Positions 58,749-64,000 of a stretch of 64,000 nt of DNA are shown here, piece by piece. Both the position numbers and the translations under genes were made by a program. This DNA is from Leptospiria bacterium (GTDB lineage: Bacteria; Spirochaetota; Leptospiria; Turneriellales; CBDBES01), in the NCBI GenBank assembly GCA_965204465.1, contig OZ241995.1:468144-532143 (forward strand), written 5' to 3'. The notes under the pieces are model-generated. The model saw only the letters and a list, made by a program, of their open reading frames with translations, was not told the DNA's origin and did no database searches. Position 1 is the stretch's first letter. Each line of letters opens with the position of its first letter.

Positions 58749-59891
58749 TTATAACACCTTCAAATTTCTTTTCCCTGTATAATGAACCCTGGGGCGAAAA
58801 AGCCTGTTATGTTCATGTTGTTCAGTATGATGAGCTGCCAAACCAGCTGCCCTGGAACATAAGAAAATGGGAGTATATAGATCAATTGGAATATCAATTA
58901 AGTAATATAATAAAGCCACAGGATAATCTAAATTAGGATAGATGGATTTTTCTCTGGCCATTACAGACTCTATTTTTTGGTAGATCAAATAGAGTTCTTT
59001 GCCATCTGGTCTACGATCTACCAGAGCAGATATATGATCCTTTAGAAGATAAGCCCTTGGATCATACTTTTTCATGTATACCCTATGTCCAAAACCCATT
59101 ATCTTTTCTTTGTTTTTTAACTTTTCCAGTATATATTCTTCTGCTTTCTCATATCCTCCATTTTTCAATACATGTAAAAACATCTTGATAGCCGCTTCAT
59201 TTGCTCCTCCATGCAAAGGTCCTTTTAAAGAGGCGACTGCTCCGGTTATAGAACCATACATATCCGATAGAGTGGATGCGATCACCCTTGTTGCAAAAGT
59301 AGAATTAGGCATTTCATGCTCGATATAAGAGGTTAAAATTTTATCTAAAATGTCTACCTGTATCTTATCTGGTTTTTGGCCTTTGAGCATATAAAGAAAG
59401 TTCTCTGCATAAGAAATATCTGTATCTGGCATTACAAAATCCAATCCCTTTAATGCTCTATAAGAATTGACCGCGATCACAGGGGCTTTGGCTATTAATG
59501 AGATGGTTTTTTTTATATTTGCCGATCTGGAAGTATCCGCAAGCTCATTCACATTTTCATATCCGGATAAAATGGAAATGCCTGTCCTAAGAGAATCCAT
59601 CACAGACATACTCTTAGGCAGTTTTTTAAATATTTGATACATTTCCTGGGGTAGGTTATAATGAGAAACTAACTTTTCATTAAAACTGATTGCTTCTTTT
59701 GAAGTAGGCAAATTACCATAGATCAACAGATAGGCAACATCCTCATAATGTTTTTTTTGGATCAATTCTATAAGATCATATCCTTTTATGATGATCTGCT
59801 CTTTCGCTGTATCTAAATAAGAGATGTCTGTAACAGAAGCAATTATCCCTTCTAAACCTGCTTTATATTCTTCTTTCATAATTAGTTTCAA
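58749..59891 (-). CDS. prpC: 2-methylcitrate synthase / citrate synthase family
   Basis: GPLHGGANEAA, MGFGHRVYKKYDPRA, and 380 aa. Sits directly downstream of prpB. Confidence 0.8.
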   Translation of the reverse strand: MKLIMKEEYKAGLEGIIASVTDISYLDTAKEQIIIKGYDLIELIQKKHYEDVAYLLIYGNLPTSKEAISFNEKLVSHYNLPQEMYQIFKKLPKSMSVMDSLRTGISILSGYENVNELADTSRSANIKKTISLIAKAPVIAVNSYRALKGLDFVMPDTDISYAENFLYMLKGQKPDKIQVDILDKILTSYIEHEMPNSTFATRVIASTLSDMYGSITGAVASLKGPLHGGANEAAIKMFLHVLKNGGYEKAEEYILEKLKNKEKIMGFGHRVYMKKYDPRAYLLKDHISALVDRRPDGKELYLIYQKIESVMAREKSIYPNLDYPVALLYYLIDIPIDLYTPIFLCSRAAGLAAHHTEQHEHNRLFRPRVHYTGKRNLKVL

Positions 59892-59892
59892 A

Positions 59893-60795
59893 TCATTGCA
59901 TTATATCAGAATGGGAGGTATCCAGTTTTTGCTCAAATTCATCATACTCATTATAATCCAATAGATCGTATAATTCTGATCTGGTCTGCATCTTATGTAA
60001 AACATCTTTTTGAGTGCCTTTATTTTTGATATCTTTCAAAACAGACTCCGCCCCCTTCATTGACGCTCTTAAAGTGCTAACAGGATAAATAACAATTTTA
60101 TATCCCCACTGCCTAAATTGCTGTGCCGTATAATAAGGTGTCTTTCCAAATTCAGTCATGTTTGCTAATAAAGGAACCTTAACCTCTGCTGCAAATGCGC
60201 GAAATTCCTCTTCTGTTTTTAAAGCCTCTGGAAAAATAATATCGGCGCCAGCAGATATGTATTGATTGACTCTATTTATTGCTTCTTTTATTCCATAAAC
60301 AGAATATGCATCTGTTCTGGCCGCGATTAAAATATTCTTTCTTACTTTTACCGCAGCTTTGATCTTATGGCACATCTCTTCTGTTGACACAAGTTTTTTA
60401 TTTTCCAGATGACCGCATTTTTTGGGTAGATCCTGATCTTCTATTTGTATAGCGGCAGCGCCTGCCTCTTCCAATTCCATTACCATTTGGGGTATTTGCA
60501 GTGCTCTTCCAAAGCCAGTATCCGCGTCTACGATCAATGGTAGGTTACAAGCCCTATAAACATTCCGCACAAAAGAAGTTAAATCATGGATTGTATGATA
60601 TCCCAGATCAGGAAATCCTTTAGCAGCAGAGAAAGCAGCACCTGAAATATATAACGTTTTAAATCCCATTTGCTTGGCTAACATACCCACCAACGCGTTA
60701 AAAACTCCAGGAACCTTTAAAATAGAATCTTGTTCTAATAGACTTTTTAAACGGATAGAAGCATCCAACGTTCTATGTTGGAAAATCCAAGGCAT
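59893..60795 (-). CDS. prpB: methylisocitrate lyase (ICL/PEPM family)
   Basis: PGVFNALVGMLAKQMGFKTLYISGAAFSA, VDADTGFG, IQIEDQDLPKKCGHL. Confidence 0.85.
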   Translation of the reverse strand: MPWIFQHRTLDASIRLKSLLEQDSILKVPGVFNALVGMLAKQMGFKTLYISGAAFSAAKGFPDLGYHTIHDLTSFVRNVYRACNLPLIVDADTGFGRALQIPQMVMELEEAGAAAIQIEDQDLPKKCGHLENKKLVSTEEMCHKIKAAVKVRKNILIAARTDAYSVYGIKEAINRVNQYISAGADIIFPEALKTEEEFRAFAAEVKVPLLANMTEFGKTPYYTAQQFRQWGYKIVIYPVSTLRASMKGAESVLKDIKNKGTQKDVLHKMQTRSELYDLLDYNEYDEFEQKLDTSHSDIMQ

Positions 60796-60846
60796 GCTCC
60801 ATTCTGTTCTTTAAAGCTATGACGGCAAGTAATTACGGTAATACTA

Positions 60847-60885
60847 TTTACAATAACCAATGCCGTTAGGCTGTACTTTGTACAC
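60847..60885 (-). repeat. dispersed intergenic repeat, copy f (inverted orientation), followed by a partial second copy to about 60920
   Basis: TACAATAACCAATGCCGTTAGGCTGTACTTTGTACACAT. The outer 14 nt equal the left terminus of the IS481-like element. Confidence 0.85.
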
Positions 60886-61388
60886 ATATCAAATGTCGTT
60901 AGGCTATAGTTCATTACACATTTTATTAACTTATTTCTTATGGCAAAAATAAAACTGACAAGAAAAGACTTAATCAGGGATTGACGTATAACAGACAAAG
61001 AGTCATAAAACAGGCAAAACCATTGATTTTCTGGAAAAAAATCCTCACCAATTGGCACCAGATCAATTCTTTTTTGCATTAAGGTAACTGGGTTAGAACG
61101 AAAACAGAATGCGACACAGGGATTTTTTATTTTTTTATTAACCATCATATGTATTTATTGAAGATGTAGGAAATTTTTTAAAATTTTTTTTACTTTTTTT
61201 AAATTTTTTTGTTGACAGAATATCAAATAATAATCATTGACTTGGAAAAGACAGGCTAGCCCTAAAATTAATAAGGTTTTTGTCTTTCTCTAATAGCAAA
61301 TAAATAAAAGGCTTATTAAAAATAGGGCTTTTGTCTTACTCTAATATCAAATAAACAAAAAGCAACAGAGTTCAGGAGGATAGTCTTT

Positions 61389-62429
61389 ATGAACAATATT
61401 AAAAAATTTACATTCCAAAAGTGGTTGATCGTATTTTTGATGCCTCTTGCTCTTTTATGGCTTGGTTGCACTGATGAAGCCAATACCCCCAATGAGACCA
61501 ATAAAACTCAAAGGGAAGCGGGCATTAAATCCCCTGCAAATGGTAGTTCTTTTTCAAAAGGAGAAGATATTTCATTTCAATTAAGTAAAACGGATTTGGA
61601 TATGCAAGGCATAGATCTTTATCTGGATAGGCGAAAAATTGATATTCATCAAGGGGATATGCTACCTGAACTTTCAGTAGGTGAGCATAAACTAAGGTTG
61701 GACATAAACAACAAAACGGTGGATGAGGTAACCTTTAATGTAACAGAAGCGGAATATACGTTCAGATTCAAATTCAATTATTTAGATGAGAGTGCCTGTT
61801 TACCTAAGAAAGGTATTCAAACGAGACTCACAAAACAAGATGATTCCGAATGGAAAGATTTTTTCCCAAATATATTCACCATGAGCAAGGAATGGAATGC
61901 CTTAGCTACTTCCTGGCAAGAGGGAAGGGAAGAATATGGCCCCCCTCCCTGTCTCTTGAATAGGGATAAGGCGCATACAAATGAAGTTTTTATTGACTTC
62001 AATATAAAGGCAAATAAAAGTAAGCATCTTTCTAAACCAATCCAAATTAATTTTGAATCTCACAGGGATTCACATGGTCGTAGAGCCGGGCTTTTGATCC
62101 GCTCTATTTCAGAAATGCGAGAAATTCTGGGTTTTCGTGACTATATACCCAGAAGCTATCGCATAGATTTCTCAAAAAAGAGTATTCTGACTCTAAAGGG
62201 CCCGACTGTTAATGCATGCGAATTCAGTGGTTGTCTTTTAGCTTCTATTTATGACAGCCTTACTGCCATTTATGAGTGGAATAATAAACTATACATTATG
62301 ACAAAAGTCGCACCAAAAGAAATATTACATCCCGTGGGTGATTGTCTTGCATGCTTGGAAGGTTTCGGTTCCATCCTAATTCTGGATTACGCCAAAGACC
62401 TTCCCTTAGAGTTCATAGAGATTCCGTAG
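61389..62429 (+). CDS. hypothetical lipoprotein (346 aa), paralogue 1
   Basis: Lipobox (LLWLGCTDE). AGGAGG lies 9 nt upstream. Confidence 0.7.
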   Translation: MNNIKKFTFQKWLIVFLMPLALLWLGCTDEANTPNETNKTQREAGIKSPANGSSFSKGEDISFQLSKTDLDMQGIDLYLDRRKIDIHQGDMLPELSVGEHKLRLDINNKTVDEVTFNVTEAEYTFRFKFNYLDESACLPKKGIQTRLTKQDDSEWKDFFPNIFTMSKEWNALATSWQEGREEYGPPPCLLNRDKAHTNEVFIDFNIKANKSKHLSKPIQINFESHRDSHGRRAGLLIRSISEMREILGFRDYIPRSYRIDFSKKSILTLKGPTVNACEFSGCLLASIYDSLTAIYEWNNKLYIMTKVAPKEILHPVGDCLACLEGFGSILILDYAKDLPLEFIEIP

Positions 62430-62643
62430 CCCGTATTTTGATCAAAGACAAGCCTAAAATAGTGGCTTGGCAAGAGAGGATGATCCTGATCACCCCTTAT
62501 TTCCTTAAGGGCACTGCACTAGCGGTTGCACTGCTAGTTTAGCATTTCTTTTCACCCAGAGGGCATAGAAAAATGGAACACCATTCTATTTTCTGTTTTT
62601 TCTTCTTCCTAATTTACTCTTGAGTAAGACGAACGGTTGGGAA

Positions 62644-62811
62644 CGCAGGCAAGGATGCCTGCGAAATGGAGCGTCTTTGCCATGGATGCAAAACATGGAT
62701 GTTTTGCAAGGCTGCCTGACCTTACCCCAAGCACCTGACATCCTATCAGGTCGCTTGCCCCTACAAAACATCCGTGTTTTGTAGGTTACAGGATGTAACC
62801 ACCCAGCCTAA
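62644..62811. repeat. GC-rich cluster of five consecutive hairpins (REP-like mosaic element)
   Basis: Stems at 62644-62663, 62687-62708, 62733-62751, 62760-62785 and 62784-62800. Ends in GCCTAAC (62805-62811). Confidence 0.75.
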
Positions 62812-63018
62812 CTTCTATGGCAAAGTAGCGGGTTTTTTTTGTTGACAGAATATCAAATAATAATCATTGACTTGGAAAAGACAGGCTAGCCCTAAAATTA
62901 ATAAGGCTTTTGTCTTACTCTAATAGCACATAAATAAAAGGCTTATTAAAAATAGGGCTTTTGTCTTACTCTAATATCAAATAAATAAAAAGCAACAGAG
63001 TTCAGGAGGATAGTTTTT

Positions 63019-64000
63019 ATGAACAACAGTAAAGAATTTATGCCCCAAAAGTGGTTGATCGTATTTTTGATGCCTCTTGCTCTTTTATGGCTTGGTTGCA
63101 CTGATGAAGCCAATACCCCCAATGAGACCAATAAAACTCAAAGGGAAGCGGGCATTAAATCCCCTGCAAATGGTAGTTCTTTTTCAAAAGGAGAAGATAT
63201 TTCATTTCAATTAAGTAAAACGGATTTGGATATGCAAGGCATAGATCTTTATCTGGATAGGCGAAAAATTGATATTCATCAAGGGGATATACTACCTGAA
63301 CTTTCAGTAGGTGAGCATAAACTAAGGCTGGACATAAGCAACAAAACGGTGGATGAGGTGATTTTTACTGTAAAGAAATTGCCTGATGAATCAATGGAAT
63401 ATGTGTTCAGGTTCAAATTCAGTTCTTTAAAGGGGGATGGTTACCTATATCCAAGTGCCTGTTTACCTAAGAAAGGTATTCAAACGAGGCTCACAAAACA
63501 AGATGATTCCGAATGGAAAGATTTTTTACCCAATATATTCACCATGAGCAAGGAATGGAATGCCCTGACTGCTTCCTGGCAAGAGGGAAGGGGAGAATAT
63601 GGCCCCCCTCCCTGTCTCTTGAATAGGGATAAGGCGCATACAAATGAGGTCTTTATTGATTTCCATATAAAGGCAAACAGAAGCAAGCATCTTTCTAAAC
63701 CAATACGAATCAATTTTGAATTTTACAGAGCTTCGGTTCATATTAGAACCAGGCTTTTGATCCGTTCTCTCTCGGAAATGCAAGAACTTCTGGGTTATCG
63801 TTCCTCCAATATACCCGAAAGATATCGTATAGATTTCTCAAAAAAGAGCATTTTGACTCTAAATGGTTTACGCAAGTTAGTCGATTGTCATTTCTTTACT
63901 ATTTATGACAACCTTGCTGCCATTTACGAGTGGAATAATAAACTATACGTTATGACGAAGGCCGTAACAGAGGAAATAGGACATCGTGTAGGCTATTGTT
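63019..64000 (+). CDS. hypothetical lipoprotein, paralogue 2 (3' end outside window)
   Basis: ATG 63019 follows the same AGGAGG. Translation MNNSKEFMPQKWLIVFLMPLALLWLGCTDE... is collinear with 61389-62429. Not in the ORF track because no stop falls inside the window. Confidence 0.7.
   Translation, partial: MNNSKEFMPQKWLIVFLMPLALLWLGCTDEANTPNETNKTQREAGIKSPANGSSFSKGEDISFQLSKTDLDMQGIDLYLDRRKIDIHQGDILPELSVGEHKLRLDISNKTVDEVIFTVKKLPDESMEYVFRFKFSSLKGDGYLYPSACLPKKGIQTRLTKQDDSEWKDFLPNIFTMSKEWNALTASWQEGRGEYGPPPCLLNRDKAHTNEVFIDFHIKANRSKHLSKPIRINFEFYRASVHIRTRLLIRSLSEMQELLGYRSSNIPERYRIDFSKKSILTLNGLRKLVDCHFFTIYDNLAAIYEWNNKLYVMTKAVTEEIGHRVGYC

Noticed and set aside
62644-62811. Possible SRP (4.5S) RNA or other housekeeping ncRNA, because of GC-rich helices and a GGTCAGGCAGCC-like string on the reverse strand.
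   Set aside because: It lacks the conserved domain-IV GGAA-tetraloop/AGCAGCC context, and related copies occur elsewhere in the window. A repeat family is the better explanation.

Overview
This is a 64-kb chromosomal window from a low-GC spirochaete. That assignment rests on two tandem FlaB-type core flagellins, flhB-flhA-flhF and a PPi-dependent phosphofructokinase. All product calls come from motif recognition in the supplied translations; no database search was run. Nt 1-36200 and 55240-61150 look like core genome. They carry ispH (3' part), a TPR protein, flaB x2, RNase R, an orphan trpA, L31, a GtsA-like sugar ABC transporter, flhBAF, a CheY-like receiver, L21, purE, murB, pfp and prpB-prpC. 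They also carry a fatty-acid-hydroxylase::GH3 fusion with an enolase-superfamily gene, lying divergent from a NAPE-PLD-like hydrolase, followed by an LtaS-like enzyme and a GT4 glycosyltransferase. Nt ~36200-55240 is an accessory island of surface-lipoprotein genes, and it is visibly richer in G+C by eye. It holds two tandem repeat-blade (propeller-like) lipoprotein genes: one is broken by a single extra C and the other is heavily decayed. It also holds a GLUG-repeat lipoprotein gene with at least 2 frameshifts, an intact IS481-like element with a 15-16 bp target duplication, and IS110-family remnants. The island ends in a 5.13-kb tandem duplication carrying a 1076/1088-aa lipoprotein (5 Fn3-like repeats plus a C-terminal domain) and a DUF2200 gene. 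The two duplicated copies have since diverged by an indel and an apparent intragenic conversion patch. A second tandem lipoprotein duplication runs from 61.2 kb to the window end. A family of mosaic REP-like intergenic repeats is scattered through the window; one type resembles the IS481-like termini and another is a GC-rich multi-hairpin block. No rRNA, tRNA or CRISPR array was recognised. The most interesting candidates are the putative N-acyl-lipid locus (15.5-20.5 kb), the decaying and expanding lipoprotein island, homopolymer tracts at 22670-22677 (C8, next to a start-codon-less GT4 gene) and 29616-29624 (G9, inside a secreted-protein gene), and a split TPR / caspase-like gene pair.
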